Below, in pieces: positions 47,388 through 57,163 of a DNA stretch of 64,000 bases. The notes beneath the pieces were generated by a model that saw nothing but the letters and a program-made list of their open reading frames with translations, was not told where the DNA came from and did no database searches. The stretch's first letter is position 1. The number at the start of each line of letters is the position of its first letter. The position numbers and the translations under genes were made by a program. The stretch spans positions 4,224,001 through 4,288,000 of the forward strand of contig OZ244744.1 in the NCBI GenBank assembly GCA_965219455.1, written 5' to 3'. This DNA is from Candidatus Latescibacterota bacterium (GTDB lineage Bacteria; Latescibacterota; UBA2968; GCA-2709665).

Positions 47388-49850
47388 ATGCAGGAATGGT
47401 TGCGGTTTCTGGCGGACTTTGTCTATCGACGGTACGCCAGTATAATTGTCGTTGCGGCTCTCCTTTCCATTTTTTGCAGTTTTTTTGTCTTTCGTCTGAT
47501 CCAGCGTCTTGAGACGGATATCGCTTCCCTGATTCCGGAACATTACCCCAGCGTGCAGACGCTGGAAGATATAAAAGCCCGGCTTGGCGGCGTGGGAAGT
47601 ATGGTGGTTCTGGTGGAGTGCGATGATTTTTCGCTCTCCAGGCGATTTGTGGATGATCTGGTTGTTGAACTGAAGGCGGAAAAATATTGGAAATACGTAA
47701 ATTACGTCGATTACAAGCGGGATGTCGATTTTTTCAAAGATAACGCGCTGCTGTATATGGATCTGGAGGATCTGGAGGAAATCCAGGTTCGCATCGATGA
47801 TCGCATCCGCCAGGAGAAACTGAAGTTATCACCTTTGTTTTTCAGGCTGGACGACGTCGAAGACGAAGAGGCGCTGGACTTCTCGGATATTGAAGCGAAG
47901 TACGAAGAAGACGGTGGCCGTGGCCACGAAGTCTATTATACCAATCCGGACAGCACCATCGTTGCAGTGGAGGTTATGGCATCAGGAACGGTGAGTAATA
48001 TTGGTTTCAGCAAAGAGATGTACGGAATGCTTCAGAACGCCGTGCAAGAGCTGAACCCAGGGTCCTATCATCCCGAAATGCTGATCTCGATCGGAGGATC
48101 GTACAAGAACAAAATCGACGAATATAACGTCATCCTCGACGACATCAAGTCGACGTTGATATTTGGTGTCGTTGGTGTTGTCTTGCTCCTCACTTTCTAT
48201 TTTCGGCAGCCGCTGGCTGTCTTTTTTGTTGCCATCCCGCTCATTATGGGGTTGACGTGGGCTTTCGCCATCACCTATTGGACCATTGGCAACTTGAATA
48301 CGATGACCGGATTCCTGTTTGTGATTCTGTTCGGTCTGGGCATCGATTTCGGTATTCACATGTTTGGACGGTACCTGGAAGATCGCATGGCGAACATGGA
48401 CGTGAGGCGGTCCGTGGAGACAATGTTGATCCAGACGGGGCAGGCCATCCTGACGGCCGCATTGACCACGTCGATGGCGTTCTATTCACTGACGATCACG
48501 GATTTCAAGGGATTCTCCGAATTCGGTTTCATTGTGGGTACGGGGATCGTTATGTCGCTCGTGTCGATGACGATAGTTCTGCCGGCCTTTCTGGTTCTGG
48601 CTGACGAGCGCCTGAAGCTGGTTCGAATGCGGCAGGTACTGGGGCACGACCGGGGCGGTGGGAAGGGCAGGTTTCCGATGGCGCGGTTGGTGTTCGCGGT
48701 TGCTATCGCGGTCACGGTCTACCTGGGTTATAATCTCGACCGAATACAATTCGAATACGATTTTACCAATTTGCGGTCCAATCTTGCCACATCCAAGAAA
48801 GTGAAAGACAAGATCAATACGCTTTCGAAATTCAGGGGCGAGTCCCATTCTCCGAGCGTGGTTCTGGCCGACAGCAAAGAAGAACTGGACGAAATTGTCG
48901 CGGCCTTAAACGCCAGGATTGCAGCGGATGACCCAACGCCAACGATCGACAAGATCAGGACGCTCTGGTCCTTCCTTCCCGAACAACAGGAGGAAAAGCT
49001 GGAGGTCGTCGCTGAACTGCGTGAGCTTGTGGACGGCGAAGGTGCGAAACTGCTGAAGGGCGGGCAGAAGGAGCGGGTGGACGATTTGCGTAGGCTGATG
49101 GATGTGAAGAGGCTGGACGTGGATGACCTGCCGAGGATCATACTGCGCAAATTCTCCACCGTCGACGGAAGCCGGGCGTACTTTGCGTTCATCTACCCCA
49201 GCGTGCCACTTCGGGACGGTCGAAAGGCCATCGAGTTTGCGGACGACACCCATTTGATAACGACCGACTCCGGCAAGACGATTTATTCCTCCAGTTCCAG
49301 CATTATTTTCGCCGATATGCTGAAATTGATGATCCGGGACAGCAAGTGGGCGATAAGCATCACGCTTCTCGTCGTGTTTCTTATTGTTATTATTAATTTT
49401 CGAAGTATCCGAAACGGATTGTTGGTTATGTTGCCTCTAACGTGTGGTGCAGTCTGGATGTGTGGGAGTATGTTCTTGTCCGGAATGAAATTGAACTTTT
49501 ATAACATGGTTGCCCTGCCGACCATTATCGGAATGGGGATCGATAACGGCGTTCATCTGTTCCACCGATATCAGGAGGAAGGCGCGAATTCGATACCTGT
49601 GATCCTCAGGAATACCGGCGGCGCGATGCTCGTATCGATGCTGACCACGATGGTCGGCTTTTTCGGTTTGATTACCGCCAGACATCCCGGATTGAACTCC
49701 ATCGGAAAGCTGGCCGTGATCGGCCTTCTGACCTGTTTTGTCGCGGCCATTGTGGTATTGCCCGCGGTGCTTGAGATCCTCGATCGATGGAAACGGAACC
49801 GGGGCGCGGCGAGAGTAAGGAGCGCGCGGCCGTCCGACAAGGTCAGGTAG
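47388..49850 (+). CDS. MMPL/RND-family transporter (HpnN-like)
   Basis: Two RND halves with GLGIDFGIH and GMGIDNGVH motifs, AALTT and SMLTT, and large periplasmic loops. Confidence 0.92.
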   Translation: MQEWLRFLADFVYRRYASIIVVAALLSIFCSFFVFRLIQRLETDIASLIPEHYPSVQTLEDIKARLGGVGSMVVLVECDDFSLSRRFVDDLVVELKAEKYWKYVNYVDYKRDVDFFKDNALLYMDLEDLEEIQVRIDDRIRQEKLKLSPLFFRLDDVEDEEALDFSDIEAKYEEDGGRGHEVYYTNPDSTIVAVEVMASGTVSNIGFSKEMYGMLQNAVQELNPGSYHPEMLISIGGSYKNKIDEYNVILDDIKSTLIFGVVGVVLLLTFYFRQPLAVFFVAIPLIMGLTWAFAITYWTIGNLNTMTGFLFVILFGLGIDFGIHMFGRYLEDRMANMDVRRSVETMLIQTGQAILTAALTTSMAFYSLTITDFKGFSEFGFIVGTGIVMSLVSMTIVLPAFLVLADERLKLVRMRQVLGHDRGGGKGRFPMARLVFAVAIAVTVYLGYNLDRIQFEYDFTNLRSNLATSKKVKDKINTLSKFRGESHSPSVVLADSKEELDEIVAALNARIAADDPTPTIDKIRTLWSFLPEQQEEKLEVVAELRELVDGEGAKLLKGGQKERVDDLRRLMDVKRLDVDDLPRIILRKFSTVDGSRAYFAFIYPSVPLRDGRKAIEFADDTHLITTDSGKTIYSSSSSIIFADMLKLMIRDSKWAISITLLVVFLIVIINFRSIRNGLLVMLPLTCGAVWMCGSMFLSGMKLNFYNMVALPTIIGMGIDNGVHLFHRYQEEGANSIPVILRNTGGAMLVSMLTTMVGFFGLITARHPGLNSIGKLAVIGLLTCFVAAIVVLPAVLEILDRWKRNRGAARVRSARPSDKVR

Positions 49851-49904
49851 GTTGACGCCCGGTTGTCAGACGCCCGCCGGGCTGATCGAAGACTCAATTT
49901 TTCG

Positions 49905-49944
49905 AAGACAGAAGATGCGCTCCGCCGCGTGTTCTGTCTTTTTT
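49905..49944 (+). terminator. Intrinsic terminator after the MMPL gene
   Basis: AAGACAGAA..GCG / CGC..TTCTGTCTT followed by a T run. Confidence 0.7.
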
Positions 49945-49962
49945 GTCCTAACGGGCTGAATC

Positions 49963-49991
49963 TTGACCCGTTAGACAGGCGGATGTATCAT
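49963..49991 (+). promoter_or_regulatory. Putative sigma70 promoter
   Basis: TTGACC-N17-TATCAT. Confidence 0.6.
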
Positions 49992-50038
49992 TTTCGTCTG
50001 TTTCCAATTCAGGCAGGAGCCGACCAGGGCGGCCACCC

Positions 50039-50839
50039 ATGCACTTTTGGTTTTCGTTTGTCGTCAGTTTGACTTCAGGATTATACACCTCTTTGTGGGG
50101 TGCTTTCAAGGACTCTCCCTTTGAGGGCCTGAAGCGGCGCACCTTTCCCCGTAGCGTTTACTTTCATGCCGTTATTTTTTGTGCGCTTTATTGGTTGCCT
50201 TTCTTTTATGGAAGTTTTCGTCAATTGAGCCTGTTCCAGGTTTTCTTTGCTATTATGGGCCTCGAACGGTTCCTCGCGGAGTTGTACAAGGGGTTCTTCA
50301 GATCGGAGGATCAGTCGAAATACGCCGTGCCGTCCAGAATTACGTTTTTCGGTCGGCCGGTTACCAGCGAACCGTTGCGACTCTTCTTCGGTGTCGTTCT
50401 GGTGTCGGGGGTCTTTTCCCTGCTGTTTTTTTCAGTCCGAATTGAGGATTTCCCGGGATTCGCCGCGGTCGCCTTTTCGACGGGATTGCTGGTTTCTCTC
50501 GGAGGGGCATACAAGGACGCCCCCTTTGAAGGGTTCGCTCCCCTGAAGTTTTTCCGGTCCGCAACGGTGCTGGCCATTTGTTCTCCACTGTTTTTCTTTT
50601 CAAACAATCCGCTTTCACCTGTGCCGCTCGGTTATCTGATTTTCATGAACGGTGGATTGGAGCGGTTTCTGGTCGAGTATTACAAGACCTACGTGCAGCG
50701 CACCATGTCCGGCAAGTTCAGACCGGACCTGCCGCGAATACCCCGATATATCGAGACACGCGAAAAATACCACTATATGGCGTGGATCATAATCGTTGGT
50801 CTGACAATTCTGTACGTCTATGAACTCACGGCCCTATGA
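50039..50839 (+). CDS. Uncharacterised polytopic membrane protein with an internal two-fold repeat
   Basis: GAFKDSPFEG...GLERFLAELYK and GAYKDAPFEG...GLERFLVEYYK; about 7 hydrophobic segments. Confidence 0.8.
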   Translation: MHFWFSFVVSLTSGLYTSLWGAFKDSPFEGLKRRTFPRSVYFHAVIFCALYWLPFFYGSFRQLSLFQVFFAIMGLERFLAELYKGFFRSEDQSKYAVPSRITFFGRPVTSEPLRLFFGVVLVSGVFSLLFFSVRIEDFPGFAAVAFSTGLLVSLGGAYKDAPFEGFAPLKFFRSATVLAICSPLFFFSNNPLSPVPLGYLIFMNGGLERFLVEYYKTYVQRTMSGKFRPDLPRIPRYIETREKYHYMAWIIIVGLTILYVYELTAL

Positions 50840-52319
50840 AGCCATTGTAATCGGGTCCGGTCTTGGAGGCGGCGCTGCGGCGTATGCGCTCAGCCGGGCG
50901 GGTTTCCGGACGCTTCTGCTCGAACGAGGCGGGTGGGTGAAGCGGGATGCGCTGGACTGGAGCCCGCGCGGGATCCTTATTGATCAACGGTACAGAAGCC
51001 GTTCGCCGATGGTGGTAGAGGGTGACGGGGCCCCTCAATCCGTTTATCCGAACGAAGCGGTCGGTGGAATGTCGGTTTTTTACGGAGGGGCGTCGCTGCG
51101 CTTGCGCGAGAAGGATTTCTGGAATTGGCCGATTGATTACGCGGCAATGGAGCCGTACTATACGCAGGCGGAGCATCTGCTGGAGGTGCATGGTCAGGCG
51201 GGCAAGGATATGAACGAGCCGCCGAGGTCCGCGGCCTATCGGTTCGGAGGCATAGAACTCACCCCTCCGGCAAAGCGGATATACGAAGCCGCGAGGGCAC
51301 TCGGGCACCGTCCCTTTAAGATACCGCTGGCGCTGAATTTCACGAACAGAGATCGGCCAACGTGCATTCGATGTACGACCTGCGATGGATTTCCATGCCG
51401 AATCGAAGCCAAAAACGATGTGGCCATGACCCTTCTGGCAAAAGCCCAGGCATTCGACCTGGATATCATGCCCGGGATGATCGTACAGCAACTGGAAACA
51501 GGGAGCGGGAGGGTCATGCGGGTCAGATGCCTGGATGGGACTTCAAAACGGGCGGTGGATTTCAGTGCAAAGATTGTGATTCTCAGTGCCGGGGCTCTGC
51601 AGAGCCCGGCTATCCTGTTGCGTTCCGGGTTGGAGCGACTCGAAAATCAGCGGCTGGTCGGTAGATTTTTGATGCGGCATTGCAATGCAGTGGTCACCGG
51701 TCTCTTTCCGTTCCGGACCAACCCGGACCGTGTATTTCACAAGCAGTTGTGTTTTACGGATTTCTACGAAGACCTGAGGGATCGATTGGGCACGTCAGTG
51801 GGAACGATTCAGGATATATACACTCCCGCTCCGGAGGTGCTGAAGCACTACGCACCCTTCGGATACGGGAATATGTCCGCGTTTGTGGCCAGCTGCGTTC
51901 AAAATTTGCTCTGCATCGCGGAAGACGATCCCCAATTTGAAAATCGGGTGCGTCTGACAACACGTCGGGACGATTACGGAATCGCGGTCACCGGAGTCGT
52001 CCATCGATATTCGGATGAAGACCGCGTCCGCAGAAAATATCTGACAGAAAGGGCCAAACGCATTTTGAAGCAGGCGGGTGGCATCTACCGCCGCGTTTAC
52101 AAACTGGATACGTTCTCCCACGCGGTCGGGTCGCTGCGTTTCGGTAACCACGCCCGGGACAGCGTTCTGGACGAATTCTGCCGGTTTCGCGGCATAGACA
52201 ATCTGTTCGTCCTCGACGGCAGTTTTATGCCCACGTCGGGAGGGGTGAATCCGAGCCTTACGATTGCAGCCAACGCGTTGCGGGTCGCGGATATCATCCG
52301 CACGGAATACGGAAAATGA
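50820..52319 (+). CDS. GMC-family FAD oxidoreductase
   Basis: IGSGLGG, LLERG, VGGMSVFYGG, CIRCTTCDGFPC, HAVGSLRFG, DGSFMPTSGGVNPSLTIAANALR. Confidence 0.92.
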   Translation: MNSRPYEAIVIGSGLGGGAAAYALSRAGFRTLLLERGGWVKRDALDWSPRGILIDQRYRSRSPMVVEGDGAPQSVYPNEAVGGMSVFYGGASLRLREKDFWNWPIDYAAMEPYYTQAEHLLEVHGQAGKDMNEPPRSAAYRFGGIELTPPAKRIYEAARALGHRPFKIPLALNFTNRDRPTCIRCTTCDGFPCRIEAKNDVAMTLLAKAQAFDLDIMPGMIVQQLETGSGRVMRVRCLDGTSKRAVDFSAKIVILSAGALQSPAILLRSGLERLENQRLVGRFLMRHCNAVVTGLFPFRTNPDRVFHKQLCFTDFYEDLRDRLGTSVGTIQDIYTPAPEVLKHYAPFGYGNMSAFVASCVQNLLCIAEDDPQFENRVRLTTRRDDYGIAVTGVVHRYSDEDRVRRKYLTERAKRILKQAGGIYRRVYKLDTFSHAVGSLRFGNHARDSVLDEFCRFRGIDNLFVLDGSFMPTSGGVNPSLTIAANALRVADIIRTEYGK

Positions 52320-53251
52320 AAAAAATCTGTCTGGTCGGCTGCGGGAACATCGCTCGGCTGCACGCGAGTAATCTTTCGGGCGCCGCCGAGCTTTTTTTCT
52401 GCAGTCGATCCGAAGAAAGCGCCCGGCGTTTCAATATTAAATTTCGCGGCAGCGGCATCTTCAGCCGTCTGGATGATGCGCTGGCATCACCCGACGTGGA
52501 CGCGGTGGTGATCGCATCCCCGCCGGCGTTCCATAAGGATCAGGTGATCCGTGCAATGTCGGCGAGGAAGGCCGTGATGGTCGAAAAGCCGATGTGCGTT
52601 TCTCCGGAGGAGGTGGATGAGATCGGTGCAGCGCTGGCCAGGCATCCGGAAGCGCTGTTGATGGTGGCCGAAAACTACTGTTATAAACCATTGCTCAAGA
52701 AAATCAAGGCATTGACCGGGAGGTGCCGGATCGGAAACATCAGGTCGATACGGGTGAAGAAGATGTTCACACAGTCGACATTCGGTTGGAAATGCCAGTA
52801 CGGTGCATTGCTCGAAGGCGGCATCCACTTCGTCGCGTTGATTTCCGCGCTGCTCGAGTGTTCGCCGGCAAGCGTCATTGGGCGGTTTCCCGGACGCCGC
52901 GAGGGACAACCGGAGCGTTCATCGGTTACCGAGCTGACCTATCCCGACGACGTGACTGCCGAGTTGAGGTATTCGTGGAACACGAGCAGCCGCACAATGG
53001 GTACCTTTCAGCATTCCCGCATCTATGGCACGCACGGCCAGATCATATTCGAAAGCAATGGCCTCTATGTACTCCAGACCGGTGATTGTGGTGCCCGGCT
53101 GTACTTTCCCGGAATATCGGATCTGATGGGGTATCGGGAGATGACCCGCGATTTCTTGTGTTGTCTGGACGATCGAAGCCGGAAGCCGTATTCGGACTTT
53201 CTGAGAGCCAAACAGGATCTGAGAATCGTTTTTGATGCCTATCGCTGGTAA
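52316..53251 (+). CDS. Gfo/Idh/MocA-family oxidoreductase
   Basis: LVGCGNIA, VEKP, GALLEGGIHF; ATGA overlap with the GMC gene. Confidence 0.9.
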   Translation: MKKICLVGCGNIARLHASNLSGAAELFFCSRSEESARRFNIKFRGSGIFSRLDDALASPDVDAVVIASPPAFHKDQVIRAMSARKAVMVEKPMCVSPEEVDEIGAALARHPEALLMVAENYCYKPLLKKIKALTGRCRIGNIRSIRVKKMFTQSTFGWKCQYGALLEGGIHFVALISALLECSPASVIGRFPGRREGQPERSSVTELTYPDDVTAELRYSWNTSSRTMGTFQHSRIYGTHGQIIFESNGLYVLQTGDCGARLYFPGISDLMGYREMTRDFLCCLDDRSRKPYSDFLRAKQDLRIVFDAYRW

Positions 53252-53318
53252 CGACGGCGCGCTGGTGAGTCCAGTGTGTATACCCGACGGTCAGTCCCGG
53301 GTTCGGATACAAAAACAG

Positions 53319-53347
53319 TTGACCGCATTTATGCTTGTCGCTATATT
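53319..53347 (+). promoter_or_regulatory. Putative sigma70 promoter
   Basis: TTGACC-N17-TATATT, about 220 nt upstream of the polyprenyl synthetase start. Confidence 0.6.
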
Positions 53348-53564
53348 GTCGTGCATATTCTTCCCCAACCTCCTCCTTCCTTCGTAACACTCCTTCACAC
53401 CGATTTATCCTGAACGAATACTTTCGAGTATACGGCCCCTCCTCGCAACGGGTACGATTGCCGTTAACGGATTGCGTGCACAGGGGGTCGTCACGTCGCT
53501 CAGGTGAACGGCCCGATGATAAAGTGACATCGACGCTCCGGGGAAGAGCGCGAGGGTTTTGCCG

Positions 53565-54608
53565 GTGAACGATCGCCTGAAGACTTATCTCCAGTCCTTT
53601 GTACCCCTTATCGACGCAGAACTGTTCAGGTTTCTGCCTCAGGCCGAGCCACTCGGCTATTTGTACGAACCGATGCGGGATTACCCGATTCGGGGCGGAA
53701 AGCGGTTTCGGTCGGTACTGGTGCTGCTGGCATGCGAGGGGTTGGGAGGTACTGTGGAGAAGGCGTTGCGGACGGCGGCGGCGTTTGAGATGTTCCAGTC
53801 TTTTGCACTGGTTCACGACGATATTGAAGACGGTTCGGAAATGCGCAGGGGAAAACCCTGTCTGCACCACCTCCACGGTGTGCCGTTGAGCGTCAATGCG
53901 GGTGACGCGCTACATTCGAAGGTGTTCGAGATTCTCGCTTCCAACAGGGAGATTCTCGGCGACGCCGTGGCGCTTGATCTGATTCAGGAAATGCTTTACG
54001 GAGCTCAGCGTACATTTGAAGGACAGGCTTACGATATTGGCTGGATCGAGTCGGGCGATGTTCCCGAAGTTGATGTTTTCCTGGAAATGCTACGCCTGAA
54101 AACGGGTTGGTACAGCGGCAGGGGGCCGTGTACCGCCGGCGCGATCGTCGCCGGCGCATCCCCGGATTGTCAACGGGCCGTGGGCGCGTTCGGCGAGCGA
54201 ATGGCGGTGGCGTTTCAAATCAAGGACGATCTGCTGAATCTGACGGTGCGGGCCGAGGATGCACTCCAGGCCCCGACGACGACCTCCGGGGGCTACGGCA
54301 AGGAACGCGGCGGAGACATTGCGGAGGGTAAGCGGACCCTGATGGTGATCGATCTCTTCCACAGATGTTCGCCGGATGAACAGGCGTGGGTGCGGGACAT
54401 TCTGAATCGAGATCGTTCCGAAACAAGGACGGATGAGGTCGAGCGGACGATCTCACTGATGGAACACTACGGTTCGATCGAACGGGCCGAAAACGCGTGC
54501 CGGGAATGGGCGGCAGCCGCGGAAGCGCATCTGAACGAGATTCCTCCGTCCGAGGCCCGGGAGACGATGCGCGAGATGTGCGGTTTTCTGGTCGACAGGG
54601 TGTTTTGA
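53565..54608 (+). CDS. Polyprenyl diphosphate synthase
   Basis: GGKRFR, LVHDDIED...RRG (first Asp-rich motif), GQAYD, LKTG, FQIKDDLL, GDIAEGKRT. Confidence 0.93.
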   Translation: MNDRLKTYLQSFVPLIDAELFRFLPQAEPLGYLYEPMRDYPIRGGKRFRSVLVLLACEGLGGTVEKALRTAAAFEMFQSFALVHDDIEDGSEMRRGKPCLHHLHGVPLSVNAGDALHSKVFEILASNREILGDAVALDLIQEMLYGAQRTFEGQAYDIGWIESGDVPEVDVFLEMLRLKTGWYSGRGPCTAGAIVAGASPDCQRAVGAFGERMAVAFQIKDDLLNLTVRAEDALQAPTTTSGGYGKERGGDIAEGKRTLMVIDLFHRCSPDEQAWVRDILNRDRSETRTDEVERTISLMEHYGSIERAENACREWAAAAEAHLNEIPPSEARETMREMCGFLVDRVF

Positions 54609-54671
54609 GTCACCTGAGACTCGAGCTTGTCTCACGGACAAGCTGTTTCAAATTGCCACTTGAAGTTTCTC

Positions 54672-54804
54672 CTGGTGTTCTGTTCCGGAAACAGATTGCC
54701 GAAATTCGGCCGACAAGACGGGATGAAACGGCACCTGCCTGTGCGTGCAGCCTCACGTAGGCAGACAGGGAAGCATGGTGACCCATTTCGGGGACACGAC
54801 ACTT
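54672..54804 (-). mobile_element. Diverged, shorter copy of the MITE-like element (inverted)
   Basis: Both ends recognisable (CTGGTGTTCTGTTCCGGAAACAGATTGCCGAAATTCGGCCG ... ATGGTGACCCATTTCGGGACACGACACT). Internal GACGGGATGAAACGGC is the exact reverse complement of a segment in the 34668 copy. Confidence 0.75.
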
Positions 54805-54856
54805 TACCGGAGAAAATCAAGTATCCCTCAATAACCACATTACAGGAGGGCGCACG

Positions 54857-55525
54857 ATGAAGTTCTTTATTGACACTGCCGATCTGGATGAAATCCGTGA
54901 GGCCAACGAAATGGGGGTTCTGGATGGTGTGACAACCAATCCGACGCATATTTCAAAGGAAGAAGGCACGTTTGAGCAAATAATATTGGAAATTTGCGAA
55001 TTGGTTGACGGTCCTGTCAGCGCGGAGGTCGTGAGTACCGAGTGGCGATTAATGCTCCAGGAAGCACGCCATCTGGCAAGCATTCACGATAACGTAGTCG
55101 TCAAGGTTCCCATAACTTTGGACGGGCTGAAGGCAATCAAGGCCTGTAGCGATGAACAGATCAGAACGAATGTGACGCTGTGTTTTTCCGCCAACCAGGC
55201 GCTGCTGGCTGCGAAGGCCGGAGCGGCCTATATCAGTCCATTTCTGGGGCGTCTGGACGATATTGGGCAGGTTGGGATGGATCTGATCAAGACCATACGG
55301 CAGATTTACGACAATTATGGTTTCCGGACCAAGGTTCTGGCAGCCAGTCTGCGACACCCCCTCCATGTCATCGACGCGGCTCGGGCCGGAGCGGATGTGT
55401 CCACGTTGCCGCCGGACGTATTGAAGAAGCTCTTGGCGCATCCACTGACGGATGACGGCCTGGAGCGTTTTCTGACCGATTGGAACACGTGGAAGGAAAA
55501 TCAACGAGAGACGGTTATCGCATAA
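54857..55525 (+). CDS. tal: Transaldolase (TalC/Fsa short type)
   Basis: [51 protein letters not shown]. Confidence 0.93.
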   Translation: MKFFIDTADLDEIREANEMGVLDGVTTNPTHISKEEGTFEQIILEICELVDGPVSAEVVSTEWRLMLQEARHLASIHDNVVVKVPITLDGLKAIKACSDEQIRTNVTLCFSANQALLAAKAGAAYISPFLGRLDDIGQVGMDLIKTIRQIYDNYGFRTKVLAASLRHPLHVIDAARAGADVSTLPPDVLKKLLAHPLTDDGLERFLTDWNTWKENQRETVIA

Positions 55526-55562
55526 GGCGTCTGCATTTTGCCAACGGAGCAGCCCACACATG

Positions 55563-55598
55563 AAAAAGGGCCTGTGTATCAAAACACACGAGCCCTTT
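55563..55598. terminator. Probable terminator between the convergent tal and tRNA genes
   Basis: AAAAAGGGC..TGTGT / ACACA..GCCCTTT imperfect hairpin. Confidence 0.55.
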
Positions 55599-55606
55599 CC
55601 TGTAAA

Positions 55607-55682
<76 letters not shown>

Positions 55683-55768
55683 TAAGGCAATGAAAAACAG
55701 ATCATTATCGTCCATAACACGGCGCGTATAAAATACATAAGCGATGGTTGCGTGTCAAGGGTAATTCT

Positions 55769-57043
55769 ATGGAACCCACCGAAACGGGTACAACGGGATC
55801 GACGGAACAGAATATACCAGGAAACCTGGTAATGGGCGCCGCGAAGGTTGACGTAACGCCGCCAATAGGTATGTCAATGGCCGGATATTCAGGTCGCAAG
55901 AGCTCGGCCATAGGAACGCATTTGCCGCTGTGGGCAAGGGCTTTTGTGTGCGAACAGGGTTCGGTGCGGGTTGCGCTTGTCGTGGTGGACGTGGTCGGAT
56001 TCAGCGGGAAGACCACGGAGCGGATACGGACGTCGATTCAGGAGCGGACGGGAATTGCGATCGACCGCATCCTCGTTGCAACGACGCACACCCACTCCGG
56101 ACCGGTAACCACCCGGTTCCGTGACAACGCACCCGATCCCTCGTATATGGCGGACCTGGAGGAACGGATTGTCGAGGCGGTGGTCAGGGCTTCCGATGAT
56201 CTGCAGCCGGTAACGATCGGGTTCGCACAGATGCAGGAACCCGAATTTCACCACAACCGGCGCAAGGACGATCGACCCATAGATTCTACGCTCGGGCTGG
56301 TGCGCTTTTTAGGGGCGGACGGACGGGTCGTGGGCGCCTGGGTGAACTACGGCTGCCATCCGACGATCCTGACGGGGACGAATCTCCATTGGTCCCCGGA
56401 CTTTCCCGGAGTGGTCTGCGACAGACTGGAAGACGCCTGGGGCGGTTCGGCCGCGTTTTTCAACGGTTGCCTGGGTGATGTAGGGCCGTACCGGCCGGAA
56501 CAGAACTTCGCTGAAGTGAAAAAGATCGGCAGCGGACTGGCGGGTTCGGTGCTGAATATGGCCAGGGACATCACGCAAAAGGGCAATCGTGGACTCGACG
56601 CGCAACGGCTTTATTGCACGTGCCCGCTGGATGCCATACCGACCGTGACCAACTTAAACGAACAGACGGCGCGCTCCAGGCCTGATTCGTACCAGGCGGG
56701 CTGGGCACGAGATCAACTGGCGATGCGAGCGGCGGGTGAGGCGGTTCCCACCTCGGTGCGACTGGAGGTGCAAGGGCTTCGCATCGGGGATGTGTTCCTG
56801 GCGTGTTTTCCAGGACAGCTTTTCGGTTCGTGGGGGCTTGAGTTAAGGCGTCGATGGCCGGACGACCGACTGTTCATCGTCAATCAGGCGAACGCGCATG
56901 CCGGCTATTTCCCTTCGAAAGAGGCATGGGACGGAGGAGGTTACGAGGTCCGGTCGGCGTTCATGTTTAATTCCGATTTGCCAGCGCCGATGACGTCGGA
57001 GGCCGGGCGGCGATTGATCGATACCGCGCTTACCTTGGCGTAG
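55769..57043 (+). CDS. Neutral/alkaline ceramidase-superfamily hydrolase
   Basis: VDVTPP...MAGY, ATTHTHSGP, NRR, NYGCHPT, SPDFPG, GYFPS, GGYE; start codon uncertain. Confidence 0.8.
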   Translation: MEPTETGTTGSTEQNIPGNLVMGAAKVDVTPPIGMSMAGYSGRKSSAIGTHLPLWARAFVCEQGSVRVALVVVDVVGFSGKTTERIRTSIQERTGIAIDRILVATTHTHSGPVTTRFRDNAPDPSYMADLEERIVEAVVRASDDLQPVTIGFAQMQEPEFHHNRRKDDRPIDSTLGLVRFLGADGRVVGAWVNYGCHPTILTGTNLHWSPDFPGVVCDRLEDAWGGSAAFFNGCLGDVGPYRPEQNFAEVKKIGSGLAGSVLNMARDITQKGNRGLDAQRLYCTCPLDAIPTVTNLNEQTARSRPDSYQAGWARDQLAMRAAGEAVPTSVRLEVQGLRIGDVFLACFPGQLFGSWGLELRRRWPDDRLFIVNQANAHAGYFPSKEAWDGGGYEVRSAFMFNSDLPAPMTSEAGRRLIDTALTLA

Positions 57044-57096
57044 TGCGATTCGGTGGTTGTTCCGGGTGGGTTTCACCAGGAAACCCGTTTCGAATT

Positions 57097-57143
57097 CGAC
57101 AGCAAAAAGGCTTCGGGAAGAACCCGGAGCCTTTTTGCTGTCG
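57097..57143. terminator. Bidirectional intrinsic terminator
   Basis: CGACAGCAAAAAGGCTTCGGG-aagaa-CCCGGAGCCTTTTTGCTGTCG between convergent genes. Confidence 0.85.
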
Positions 57144-57163
57144 AGGGAAGTTGCCCCGTTGCG

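Noticed and set aside
53565-54608. Archaeal-type ether-lipid or hopanoid pathway joined to the export cluster
   Set aside because: The prenyl synthase has its own promoter, and no GGGP synthase, squalene synthase or cyclase is present in the window.
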